64,000 nt of DNA from assembly GCA_003971905.1 (NCBI GenBank), contig RSEE01000004.1:310001-374000 (forward strand), written 5' to 3'. The translations under genes were made by a program, and so were the position numbers. The stretch is from Moniliella sp. 'wahieum' (Eukaryota). Shown here in pieces: positions 12,501 to 24,869 of this stretch (position 1 is the stretch's first letter; each line of letters opens with the position of its first letter). The notes under the pieces were generated by a model. That model was not told where the DNA came from, made no database searches, and worked only from the letters and a program-made list of their open reading frames with translations.

Positions 12501-15500
12501 CCGGCTGCCACCAAGGAGGAGGTCAAGGTTTCGGCTGCCCCCGCTGCTCACAAGGAGGAGGCCAAGGTCGAGGTGAAGCTGCTGCCCCCAAGGAGGAGGC
12601 CAAGGTCGAGGAGAAGCCGGCTGCCACCAAGGAGGAGGCCAGAGAAGCCTGCTGCCCCCAAGGAGGAGGTCAAGGTTGAGGCTGCCCCCGCTGCTCCCAA
12701 GGAGGAGGCCAAGGTCGAGGAGAAGCCTGCTGCCCCCAAGGAGGAGGTCAAGGTTGGGCCCCGCTGCTCCCAAGGAGGAGGTCAAGGTTGAGGCTGCCCC
12801 CGCTGCTCCCAAGGAAGTGAAGGCCGAGGAGAAGCCGGCTGCCACCAAGGAGGAGGTCAAGGTTGAGGCTGCCCCCGCTGCTCCCAAGGAGGTGAAGGCC
12901 GAGGAGACGCCTGCTGCTGCCAAGGAAGTGAAGGCCGAGGAGAAGCCGGCTGCCCCCAAGGAGGAGGTCAAGGTTGAGGCTGCCCCCGCTGCTCCCAAGG
13001 AGGAGGTCAAGGTTGAGGCTGGCCCCGCTACTCCCAAGGAGGAGGCCAAGGTCGAGGAGAAGCCGGCTGCCACCAAGGACGATGCCAAGGTTGATGCTGC
13101 CCCCGCTGCTCCCAAGGAAGTGAAGGCCGAGGAGAAACCTGCTGCCCCCAAGGAGGAGGTCAAGGTTGAGGCTGCCCCCGCTGCTCCAAGGAGGACGCCA
13201 AGGTCGAGGAGAAGGCTGCTGCCACCAAGGACGAGGCCAAGGTTGAGGCTGCCCCCGCTGCTTCCCAGGAGGAGGCCAAGGTCGAGGAGAAGGCTGCTGA
13301 CCCCAAGGACGATGCCAAGGTTGAGGCTGCCCCCGCTGCTCCCAAGGAAGTGAAGCCCGAGGAGAAGCCTGCTGCCCCCGCTGCTCCCATGGAAGTGAAG
13401 CCCGAGGAGATGCCTGCTGCCCCCATGGAGGAGGTCAAGGTTGAGGCTGCACCCGCTGCTCCCAAGGAGGAGGTCAAGGTTGAGGCTGGCCCCGCTGCTC
13501 CCAAGGAGGAGGTCAAGTTTGAGGCTGCCCCCGCTGCTCCAAGGAAGTGAAGGCCGAGGAGAAGCCGGCTGCCACCAAGGAGGAGGTCAAGGTTGAGGCT
13601 GCACCCGCTGCTCCCAAGGATGTGAAGGCCGAGGAGAAGCCGGCTGCCACCAAGGAGGAGGCCAAGGAGAAGCCTGCTGCTCCCAAGGAAGTGAAGGCCG
13701 AGGAGAAGCCTGCTGCCCCCAAGGAAGTGAAGGCCGAGGAGAAGCCTGCTGCTCCCAAGGAGGAGGTCAAGGTTGAGGCTGCCCCCGCTGCTCCCAAGGA
13801 CGAGGCCAAGGTTGATGCTGCCCCCGCTGCTCCCACGGAAGTGAAGGCCGAGGAGAAGCCTGCTGCCCCCAAGGAGGAGGTTAAGGTTGAGGCTGCACCC
13901 GCTGCTCCCAAGGAGGAGGCCAAGGTCGAGGAGAAGCCGGCTGCCACCAAGGGGAGGTCAAGGTTGAGGCTGCCCCCGCTGCTCACAAGGAGGAGGCCAA
14001 GGTCGAGGTGAAGCCTGCTGCCCCCAAGGAGGAGGCCAAGGTCGAGGAGAAGCCGGCTGCCACCAAGGAGGAGGCCAAGGAGAAGCCTGCTGCCCCCAAG
14101 GAGGAGGTCAAGGTTGAGGCTGCCCCCGCTGCTCCCAAGGAGGAGGCCAAGGTCGAGGAGAAGCCTGCTGCCCCCAAGGAGGAGGTCAAGGTTGAGGCTG
14201 CACCCGCTGCTCCCAAGGAGGAGGTCAAGGTTGAGGCTGGCCCCGCTGCTCCCAAGGAGGAGGTCAAGGTTGAGGCTGCCCCCTGCTCCCAAGGAAGTGA
14301 AGGCCGAGGAGAAGCCGGCTGCCACCAAGGAGGAGGCCAAGGAGAAGCCTGCTGCTCCCAAGGAAGTGAAGGCCGAGGAGAAGCTGCTGCCCCCAAGGAG
14401 GAGGTCAAGGTTGAGGCTGCCCCCTGCTCCCAAGGAGGAGGCCAAGGTCGAGGAGAAGCCTGCTGCCCCCAAGGAGGAGGTCAAGGTTGAGGCTGCACCC
14501 GCTGCTCCCAAGGAGGAGGTTAAGGTTGAGGCTGCACCCGCTGCTCCCAAGGAGGAGGCCAAGGTCGAGGAGAAGCCGGCTGCCACCAAGGAGGAGGTCA
14601 AGGTTGAGGCTGCCCCGCTGCTCACAAGGAGGAGGCCAAGGTCGAGGTGAAGCCTGCTGCCCCAAGGAGGAGGCCAAGGTCGAGGAGAAGCCGGCTGCCA
14701 CCAGGAGGAGGCCAAGGAGAAGCCTGCTGCCCCCAAGGAGGAGGTCAAGGTTGAGGCTGCACCCGCTGCTCCCAAGGAGGAGGTCAAGGTTGAGGCTGGC
14801 CCCGCTGCTCCCAAGGAGGAGGTCAAGTTTGAGGCTGCCCCCGCTGCTGCCAAGGAAGTGAAGGCCGAGGAGAAGCCCGCTGCCACCAAGGAGGAGGTCA
14901 AGGTTGAGGCTGCCCCCGCTGCTCCCAAGGAGGCCAAGGTCGAGGAGAAGCCGGCTGCCACCAAGGAGGAGGCCAAGGAGAAGCCTGCTGCTCCCAAGGA
15001 AGTGAAGGCCGAGGAGAAGCCTGCTGCCCCCAAGGAGGAGGTCAAGGTTGAGGCTGCCCCCGCTGCTCCCAAGGAGGTGAAGGCCGAGGAGACGCCTGCT
15101 GCTGCCAAGGAAGTGAAGGCCGAGGAGAAGCCGGCTGCCCCAAGGAGGAGGTCAAGGTTGAGGCTGCCCCCCTGCTCCCAAGGAGGAGGTCAAGGTTGAG
15201 GCTGGCCCCGCTGCTCCCAAGGAGGAGGCCAAGGTCGAGAGAAGCCGGCTGCCACCAAGGAGGAGGTCAAGGTTGAGGCTGCCCCCGCTGCTCCCAAGGA
15301 GGAGGTCAAGGTTGAGGCTGGCCCCGCTGCTCCCAAGGAGGAGGTCAAGTTTGAGGCTGCCCCCGCTGCTGCCAAGGAAGTGAAGGCCGAGGAGAAGCCC
15401 GCTGCCACCAAGGAGGAGGTCAAGGTTGAGGCTGCCCCCGCTGCTCACAAGGAGGAGGCCAAGGTCGAGGTGAAGCCTGCTGCCCCCAAGGAGGAGGCCA

Positions 15501-17432
15501 AGGTCGAGGAGAAGCCGGCTGCCACCAAGGAGGAGGCCAAGGAGAAGCCTGCTGCCCCCAAGGAGGAGGTCAAGGTTGAGGCTGCCCCCGCTGCTCCCAA
15601 GGAGGAGGCCAAGGTCGAGGAGAAGCCTGCTGCCCCCAAGGAGGAGGTCAAGGTTGAGGCTGCACCCGCTGCTCCCAAGGAGGAGGTCAAGGTTGAGGCT
15701 GGCCCCGCTGCTCCCAAGGAGGAGGTCAAGGTTGAGGCTGCCCCCGCTGCTCCCAAGGAAGTGAAGGCCGAGGAGAAGCCGGCTGCCACCAAGGAGGAGG
15801 TCAAGGTTGAGGCTGCACCCGCTGCTCCCAAGGAGGAGGTCAAGGTTGAGGCTGGCCCCGCTGCTCCCAAGGAGGAGGTCAAGGTTGAGGCTGCCCCCGC
15901 TGCTCCCAAGGAAGTGAAGGCCGAGGAGACGCCTGCTGCTGCCAAGGAGGAGGTCAAGGTTGAGGCTGCACCCGCTGCTCCCAAGGAGGAGGTCAAGGTT
16001 GAGGCTGGCCCCGCTGCTCCCAGGAGGAGGTCAAGGTTGAGGCTGCCCCCGCTGCTCCCAAGGAAGTGAAGGCCGAGGAGAAGCCGGCTGCCACCAAGGA
16101 GGAGGCCAAGGAGAAGCCTGCTGCTCCCAAGGAAGTGAAGGCCGAGGAGAAGCCTGCTGCCCCCAAGGAGGAGGTCAAGGTTGAGGCTGCCCCCGCTGCT
16201 CCCAAGGAGGAGGCCAAGGTCGAGGAGAAGCCGGCTGCCACCAAGGAGGAGGCCAAGGAGAAGCCTGCTGCTCCCAAGGAAGTGAAGGCCGAGGAGAAGC
16301 CTGTGCCCCCAAGGAGGAGGTCAAGGTTGAGGCTGCCCCCGCTGCTCCCAAGGAGGTGAAGGCGAGGAGACGCCTGCTGCTGCCAAGGAAGTGAAGGCCG
16401 AGGAGAAGCCGGCTGCCCCCAAGGAGGAGGTCAAGGTTGAGGCTGCCCCCGCTGCTCCCAAGGAGGAGGTCAAGGTTGAGGCTGGCCCCGCTACTCCCAA
16501 GGAGGAGGCCAAGGTCGAGGAGAAGCCGGCTGCCACCAAGGACGATGCCAAGGTTGATGCTGCCCCCGCTGCTCCCAAGGAAGTGAAGGCCGAGGAGAAA
16601 CCTGCTGCCCCCAAGGAGGAGGTCAAGGTTGAGGCTGCCCCCGCTGCTCCCAAGGAGGACGCCAAGGTCGAGGAGAAGGCTGGTGCCACCAAGGACGAGG
16701 CCAAGGTTGAGGCTGCCCCCGCTGCTTCCCAGGAGGAGGCCAAGGTCGAGGAGAAGGCTGCTGACCCCAAGGACGATGCCAAGGTTGAGGCTGCCCCCGC
16801 TGCTCCCAAGGAAGTGAAGGCCGAGGAGAAGCCTGCTGCGACCAAGGACGAGGTCAAGGTGGAGGAGAAGCCCGCTGCTCCCAAGGAAGTGAAGGCCGAG
16901 GAGAAGCCCTCTTCCCTCATGGATGATGCCAAGCTTGGTGATACGGCGGCTGCTCTGCCGCAGGTTGAGCAGGAGCACTCTCAGCCGGTTCGTTTGCTCT
17001 CCCCACTTCCTGCGGCATAACTTCTCTGACCCTTCTCATTTTGTTCGTTCTTTCGGATCTGTTCCCCTGCTCCGCTGCTTGTTCCCTTTTCGTATTGTTT
17101 TCTTTCCATCTCAACAGTTGATGGATGTTGTCCCTGAGGTTTCCAAGGCCACTCATTCTCCTTCCGATAGGTCTGCACGCGACCAGTCGGCCTCGCCTGT
17201 GGGCTCCTTCTCCTCGGTCTGGGCCGTGATCCCGCCCGGCAAGGACATTGATGCCAGCTCCACTGACACGCTGCACGGGAGCCCGCTTTGGTCAAGCCCG
17301 AGCCCGAGCCCCTTGTCGCCCAGCATACTGAGTACGAACACCAAGGTCAGCCATGATGTGCATGATTGCTTCAAGCGCTCAAACCCACATGCGCCAATGG
17401 ATTTTTATCTTCAGACCAAGTACCAGCTCTGA
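3576..17432 (+). CDS. Giant (~4,500 aa) protein: Pro/Ser-rich head, long Ala/Glu/Lys coiled coil, ~3,300-aa PEVK-like tandem repeat, short Ser-rich C-terminus
   Basis: Chain of overlapping + strand ORFs (3705-4547, 4505-4900, 5449.., 6866-8122 ... 16391-17020) with continuous coiled-coil or repeat sequence across frameshifts. Introns with canonical signals at 6350-6407, 6719-6826 and 16988-17117. Last exon ends FYLQTKYQL* at 17432. Start codon inferred. Confidence 0.7.
7015..16910 (+). repeat. Coding minisatellite array (~9.9 kb) of 33-39 bp modules encoding KEEVKVEAAPAAP, KEEAKVEEKPAAT, KEVKAEEKPAAP and KEEAKEKPAAP
   Basis: Directly visible: hundreds of near-identical units such as cccaaggaggaggtcaaggttgaggctgcccccgctgct, with lengths in multiples of three. 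Confidence 0.97.
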
Positions 17433-19931
17433 TCCATATTGATCCTTTTTCGTAGTAAAACGGCTGTTAAACGCAACCCGCTGTAAATGCTTAGAGAACA
17501 TAGGCTCCCATCTGAAAAATGATTATAATGAACGGTTGAACTTCAACCTTGAAGCTTGAACCCTTGCATCTTGGCCAATCTATTAGCGTAGCAGATCGCT
17601 ACTATACATGCATGTTCCAACCCAGGAAAGTAATAGGAGCTGAAGGATTGACGGTGATACAGGCCGGCCTGTTCTGGTTCCATCGTGCATCGTTCCATAG
17701 CATCGTGGTCCGTTTTGATTAAAATGATTTGTGCTTGCTCGTGTTGCGAATCCATATTCACAGTAGGAGACCAATGGAATCGGGTCTTTATAGACCCTCT
17801 CTTTTTTGCCTCTCCCGCCAGCATTCGCTTCCAAACTGAATGATCCACATGTGTATACGCACGAGCGCATTGGAAATATAGAATGATGGGCCATGCTGGC
17901 ATAGTATTATGCGCGTCGTCACAAATAAACCAAGAGGATGACGAATGGCTCTATTGAGTGCGTCCCTGCTGACATTTGTTGGCATTCTTGTCCAATTGCG
18001 GTTACGCAAAACAGTGAAAACAACTCTCCTTTTTCTCCCGAACGGCATTCGCACGCTTTCCCGTTTTTCCCTCTCGTGTTGAGAGCCACCGCCCCTCCGG
18101 TACGTAACCATGCTTTATCTTTCCCGAGAGCTCCTGCACATGTGGTTTACCTCCATTCCTACTCCTACCAACGCGCCCAGGAGTAGTCCCATTATGCCGT
18201 AGCCCGTTCGTCTCGTCTTCTGCCCATACCGCAGCTATCATAACATCACCGTCCCAGAAGAGCGTACGAGCTGGAGGATCTGGTACCCAACAGCCTCGTG
18301 CAAAGCGCGCTAAACTTGGATTGGGTGTGTGCTGGTGCATAAACAAGATGTACTCAAGAGATAACACTACTTCCTCATGAGCACGTTAAGTAATCAGTCA
18401 TCGTCAGTCCCTACTACCTAAGGATTCTCGTTCCCCCGGATCCGCCGACACCCCACATACAGATGAAAACATCACTCTTTTGGCCAACATTGCTCACCCC
18501 CTTCAATAACTGCTTTAATATCTGGGAGGAAGCAAGTGGCAAAGCTGGTTGATAGTATAGAGTAAAATACCGTCATATGCATCCCTTTCGAATTGAAGGG
18601 TTACCGGTAATTAATAATTGGTAATCATTCTATCACAATTGAACTTGGACATATGCGTTCCTGCCTTATTGCCTCTCGCTCATGGTCCCGAAGGACCATG
18701 ACGCATGACAGGCACAATCCTCATTTCCCAATGCAACGGACCCGCGGGACGTGGTTGCTGGTTTGGGCCACACAGTGTTTCGGTCGGCTGGTTTTGCCCA
18801 CGGCAACCACAGAGTTTTGTATTTTAGCACGGAGGGATCGCTGTGACACACGTTTTTACGCATTATTTTTGTATACCCACACAGCCTGAGAAGTAACTCT
18901 CTCTCCGTAGTGAACTTGTCCACATGTCTGGAGATGAGGAGATACACAAGCCGGCGGGGTCTCATATCTCACCCCTACACCGAGACTCCCTGAAATAGAT
19001 CGATGATCGATGAGGCCTCAGACTGAGGCGGGCCTGAAGCCTGAAAAGGGCCTGAGATCACTGACCTCTGTGTGAGAACAAAAACTCGATGAGGCACCAC
19101 CCCCAGTTTCTTTCGAACTCCCAATGTCACCCGCACAGCGCATATATATTAACGCGTAAAAGGTCCAAGGCTGCTTTTACTATTCACTGTTCCACAGTGC
19201 AGCAGTCACATATACCCCTGTCTGGCGGCTGCGGCATCGTGGAGGGCGATGGATACATAATGCAGGAACACAGGGGCCGAAAACGGCAAGGTAGTGGAAG
19301 GATGCAGTGCGGGGCTCAACGTATAGTTAAAGCGAATAACGTGGGGTTTTATATGCGGTGTGCATGTGCATATGTGAAGCTTTTGATAAAGTGAGTGATG
19401 CAGTGACTTCGAGATGGTCGATGGTGGATGTGCCGGAGGGCTGGGCGTGGTAGAGGATGGAATATGGAGGCCACGGGGCTGTGTGAGATGGATAGGTGGA
19501 CTCAGGTGTCGGTACCTGTCGGTACCTGTCCGTGTACTCAGTGTCGGACTTATGAGGGTTAGCGCTCAGGGTGACCGGTGATGCTGGTGATGGGCGGTAG
19601 CCGGTGCCAGGCGGTAGCCTCGGGTTGATAGGGTGTCCGTGGGACGAAGCCGCTGGGTTCCAGAACCCTCCGCAGTGGGCCTGCCTGATATATGATAGGA
19701 CTTGATCGTCTCCGAACGGGCCGGCTGCCGAGACATGGTTGCGACACATGGGAGGTGCAGGCCAAGTCCACCGTGTGGAGCTGGCAGAAGCGGAGCCAGT
19801 GGAACCCACGCACCTGTCGAGTGTAAGCGCCTGATGATCAATGACCTGTGATGCACGTGACGTGTGATGCGTGATGATCGATATACTATGCGTCCATCTT
19901 CGTCCGATGTGCGCGTGTTGCAGGATGTGTG

Positions 19932-20032
19932 TGATGCATGACGCATGCAGCCAATCGATCATCATGCATGTCATGCATCATGCACATCATGCATGTCATG
20001 CATCATGCACATCATGCATCATGCATCATGCA
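19932..20032. repeat. Imperfect (TCATGCA)n heptamer palindrome array
   Basis: tgatgcatga at 19932; tcatgcatcatgca runs at 19971-19984, 19996-20009 and 20012-20032. Confidence 0.9.
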
Positions 20033-20525
20033 CCCTGGATGCAGAGGCCAGGGGTGTGCAGGTGCCCCCGTGGCCTGTGAGACATGTGACAAGTCGGATC
20101 GGGGTGGGGTGCTACGCGCGAAAAATGCATAATGCATCCAACGCCCAACAGCCATCCAATATCCACCCGCCATTCTCGGCCGGCCGCATCAGCACCAACG
20201 AACTGAGTGATTATAATCACAGTGAATACTGCATTGCTGATCGAAATGCCCCCCCCCCTTCTCTGTCTGCGTCGCACATACCAGCCGCCTGTCTTCGTGA
20301 CCTTAATTCTTTGGCCCCACGCCCTTTGGCCATCGCGCTCGCTTCCACCCATGGGCCTCCCCCTGCCTAGCTGGGCCACCGCTCCAGCCTCCGCCCATTT
20401 TGGAAGACGGGATGCTCCTTCGCCCCCATCCGCTTCCGCCACGACCCCACCATCCCTGCCGCCATCCCTCCCACTCCTCCGCCCCGCCTCCATCCTAGTC
20501 TGCCCCCCCCTCCAGCGATACAGCG

Positions 20526-23500
20526 ATGGCTAGACGCAAGGCCCGCGTCCGGACCCCTCATCAGACTACTCGTGCCTTTCAGAACCGCTGCAGCTATCGC
20601 GTCGCCAACAGAAGATGATAGGAAGAAGCGCCATTCCTTGTCTCTTTTCCGCCGCTCCTCCCGCTCTCGCCACTCCTTTTCCCGCCGTTTCTCTCTGGAC
20701 CACCCCTGCCGGACAACAATCCTCAATCATGCCTGGATGACAAGCTCGAGAATGGGCCATCGCTGGAGGTTCAACTACCGCCTGACATTCTCACAGCGAA
20801 TGGACTTGTGTCCCATGCACTGCTTCCCAGCCCCAGTCCCAGCTCGGGCAGCGCAGACGTTAGTGGTAGCGGAAGCGCTAGTGACAGCGTCAGTGGCAGC
20901 TCTGTGTTGGGATCAGTTTCGCCCCCTTCCTCAGATGGGGAGTTCAATGTTCTCCCCCGGCCCTCTCCTTACGTGGTGTACGCTCTCTCCTGTCTTGTGA
21001 CCAATCGTTTGGATCCCCATCCGCCGGCAAGTCAGCTGCCCCAAAGATTTCCCACCGCTGCACCGTCAGCTGGGGACATGCCACACGTGGCTCCCTCACA
21101 AACCCTTCCCACCACTGAGGGAATCGAACCCTTTCCTCGCTCTGGGACTGCACGACGGCCCTTGCCCCTCGCGTCTGCTAGGGCTAGGCGCCCCTCACGA
21201 CCTCACGCCCCGATACCTTCCGCGTGGAATTGCCCTAGTGTGTTGGCCAATGGCCCTCTTGCAGCCCGCCGCCCGCACACTGTAAACAAGTCCACCCCAT
21301 TACCCTCGCCAAGGCCAGCGACCAGGTGGGGGCAGGCGGGGGTTCCAACATGGATACCGCCCAGTTCTTCCAACAATGTGTTTGCCTCTAACACAAGCCC
21401 ACCAAGGATAATTCCCTACCGGCAATGGCGTGGTGTGTCATGGAATCAGCCTTGGGAAAGTTCCGCCAAGCCACCCTGCGAAAAGAGCAGGAAAGCCCAC
21501 ATTTGAGCGCGTCAAAATCCTCGGATGATCCTCGAGCCCTTTCTGGCAATGGAACAATGTCGCCCTCTTGTTCGCCCGGATTCAATCGCCTCCGCCTCTG
21601 CTCCGGTTAGTGCCGCAGGAAGTACAAGCGACCTTAGTTCCCCTCCTTCTCTCCCACTCAGTCGGCTGTCACGCTCGCTCCCTTGACACCTACGTCCCCG
21701 CTGCTGCCGCTGCCTCCCGTTTCGCCCGCGTATAAGCCTGATGTACACCTGGACGGGTTCCGTCGATTCAGCGATGGCAACAAGCGCCGCGAACTCATTC
21801 TGACTTGGATAAACGAGCTTATGGTTGCTGTTCAGACGGCCAGCGCCCCCGCCGACCGGATCGCCATGCTCGACAACATTTGTCTGCTTCTCGAAGCGCG
21901 CAATTTGAGTAGCATGGCCCTGGATGCAGATGGGGAAGTCTGGTTCTTTGACACGCTCTATCATGTCTTGAATACGCCATTAACGAAATTAACAAAAAGC
22001 GTTTACCACAGCAACCTCCTCTTTGCTGTCGACTGCTTGCCTTGGCCTTGATCCGCATCCCTGGCGTAGCAGAAAAACTGCTGACCAACCTTCCCATCAC
22101 TCGTCCGGTGCTTCAGCGCATGGCCAAGGAAGCTCAATGGGACCGCATCCGCCCCCACGCGGGAAAGAATGGCACGTGTTTCTCACTCTCATTTTCCACC
22201 TTACCTTCGGGCCTTTTGTTTCGACGATGCCGCCTCTATCTGTCACGTGTGCGCGCCCTACGTCCTCCGCGCAACCCCGACACAGAGTCTTCCCGTCGCA
22301 ACAGGCGTACTTGGTGTTCGACAGGGGTAGGGGCAGGGGAATTGCCATGAAGGGAAATTGGCTCACTCGGTTCCAGTCAGACGACTCGGAACTCATCTTC
22401 TCTTTTCTCCGCAACTTCCATCGCAACCTCGAACGTCTTGTTCATACCCACCTTCCCTGGGCTCGCACCTCTTCTTTGGAGCACCGGGCATGGCACATAT
22501 CGCAGCGCTGATCCAGGCCAAGTGCCTCGCTCTCGTCCATCGGTCCCTTACCTCGGTCACTACGCAGCATCGGTTTCCTTCAATTTGTATGTCACTTCTT
22601 TTTTTGACAGTGTGAATAACGACTGACGTACGCGTTAGCACCCGGGTGATACAGCAAACGTCCTATTGGGTAGCACAACGGGTAAACCAAATGAGCTTGA
22701 GGCAGCGACACGCAGGTGTGTAGCCGCAGTATTGGATACTTCAACTTTGGTGATCCTGCTAGCAACACATTGCGCACCCACATTTTTCTCCCCTTCATTC
22801 AATGGCACCTCGCCGCCTTGGTCCGTGGCACTTCCCTCTATGATGTACAAGGCATTTTGTTTGTTTGACTGGGCAGACGCGCTGTTGGAAAGCATGATGG
22901 GGCTCTCGCTCCAGCCGGCGGAAGTGCTGGATCTTCCCTTTGTCATCGACATTTGCCGGCGCATTCTCCAAGAGACCGACCATACCGTCAATATCATCCG
23001 CACTCTATCATTCCTCTACTGTCACTTTGGTCTCTTGGTCGCCACACCGGGCTTACGCGAAGACCTTGCCACTCACACCCTTCTTCGCCCTGATATCTTT
23101 TACAAACTCTTCCTTTCCTGGTCTCCGACCATCCGCGCTTACTTTCTGCATACCATTGTTTTTCGCTTTGGACATCTCACCGAGTTTCCCCTCCAACAAG
23201 AAACGAACGGGAGAGAAGTGTTAAATTATACTCTTCTCCTGCACCAACGTCTGCAGGACGCTCGCGACCGGTACCTCTATCTGGCCGCCTTAACCCCAAC
23301 GGGAGCCGGAAGAAGCACTGCCACCGCTGAGGTGCGGACGCTATGCCCCCCAGCCTACCAATCCCCTGCCCGCATCACATCTCCCGCCAAGACTGAGGAT
23401 AGGGCGATGGCGTCCACGAAGCAGGGCCTCAATTGGGCGCGTTTCAAGCTGCGTACTGGTAGTACACCGGCTGCGCCTCGCACGCTCAGTGCACGACCCT

Positions 23501-23998
23501 CCACCCCCCGTGCTGGATCCGAGACGTGCATGAACAAGAGCATCTTGCTTCCAACGCGTTTGACCTTCAGGCCGCTACGTTATCGTCCATGCATCCGGCC
23601 AGCTTGCCTTTCCCACCGCCCCACCCTTGTGTCTGGGCCCGCAGGACACTGCCTCATCGTGCTCTTAGAAACTTGTCCTGTACTTCCAGCACGGGGAAAG
23701 TACGAGTACCCCCAGTCACTTCAGCCGTACGCTAGCATGTGTCTGCGCGAGTTGGAGGCGACGATTGCTGTACGTCTTGGTCCCTATTACACATGACCTC
23801 TCTCCAGCAGAAGAGAAGAAGTTGGAATTTTTTGTGTTGTCGGAGGTTGTCAGAGAGTTTCGCATGCTGACCTTCTGCTGTGTTGATGGGATATAGGAGC
23901 ACGACAACCTTTTTGCCTCGCGCCCGTTGGAACAACAGACTGAGGTGCCCAACCTCATTGTCGCTTGGCCTGCCGTGTGGGTGAGGCTTCCGGAATGA
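20526..23998 (+). CDS. DUF1765-like fungal protein with a disordered Ser/Pro-rich N-terminus (introns and frameshifts)
   Basis: ORF 22666-23796 contains ...IRTLSFLYCHF...FYKLFLSWSPTIRAYFLHTIVFR, which resembles the DUF1765 core as I recall it. Upstream fragments (DGNKRRELILTWINEL, WLTRFQSDDSELIFSFLRNFH) are contiguous. Probable end TEVPNLIVAWPAVWVRLPE*. Boundaries inferred. Confidence 0.6.
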
Positions 23999-24869
23999 TT
24001 TCTGGCTAGTACGACCTGCAGCATGTTTCGTACACCTACCCGCTTCCTACGGACAAAGAATGGAGAGAGGCACCTGCCTCTCACTTGTTCTACTTGTTCC
24101 TTTTTGGCATATCGCCTCAAGTGCTTCATGCCCGTTCAGTGTGCCCATCATGTTTCACGACCCTCCACATGTTTCAGCCTAAGAACTAGGAGAGCCCGAA
24201 AGGAGACCTAGTGACGACCTTTTGTTTTCATCGAGTCATAACCTGCCCCCCCATTCTCTCATCATCCGCGTACCATTTGGCTCACTTCCGTCGTTTTTCC
24301 CTCCCTCCCGCCATGCTGCATGCCCCCCTTTAGTCTCTTTTCGAGACATGCTTTGTATCTATTCCTCTGCCTTCCGATCTTCGTCTCCTCCATATCCGTA
24401 AGCATCCACCAATGTCCACCTGCAACTTTATAGGCAGTTGGCAAGTACGACAAAGGAGATCGACGGGGGCCTGGCCAGACAGCCTCCATGTCTCTAGATT
24501 GTGGAAAGGTGCCAGACCATGATTATTGGAAGTGGAAAAGGAATCCTCAGGAACACTGCGAGAGGTCGTACAGCCAGAAAGAGCGATGAGCGGCAAGCCA
24601 ACGAAGCAGAAGTACAGGAAAACAAAAAAGAGTTGAGAGGGATCCTCGGGCGCAGTGGTACTTTTGAAAAGACCCAAGAGTCAAGCCAGTACCACACGGG
24701 TCCATACAGACGGAACGATTCACGGAGAGATGTGGATGTATACACAAGAAAGGAGCGGGACACACGGCAAAAAGAGACCCAGTGCAGGGTTAAGTGTATC
24801 ATAATGAGTAAAGAGGAAGCGAGGCCCAAAAAATGTTGGCTCAGCCAAGACAGAGCAGATTGGCTAAGC

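Noticed and set aside
7015..16910. CRISPR-like array (33-39 bp units)
   Set aside because: No unique spacers, eukaryotic context, and the units are in-frame coding modules.
7015..16978. Long antisense and alternate-frame ORFs in the repeat (LGAAGAASTLTSS.., RLPPLLPRRR..)
   Set aside because: By-products of a stop-free repeated unit; only the KEEVKVEAAP frame connects to the flanking exons.
19400..19830. Possible solo LTR or structured RNA (includes a GTCGGTACCT tandem at ~19508-19530)
   Set aside because: No second copy, TSD, PBS or PPT visible in the window.
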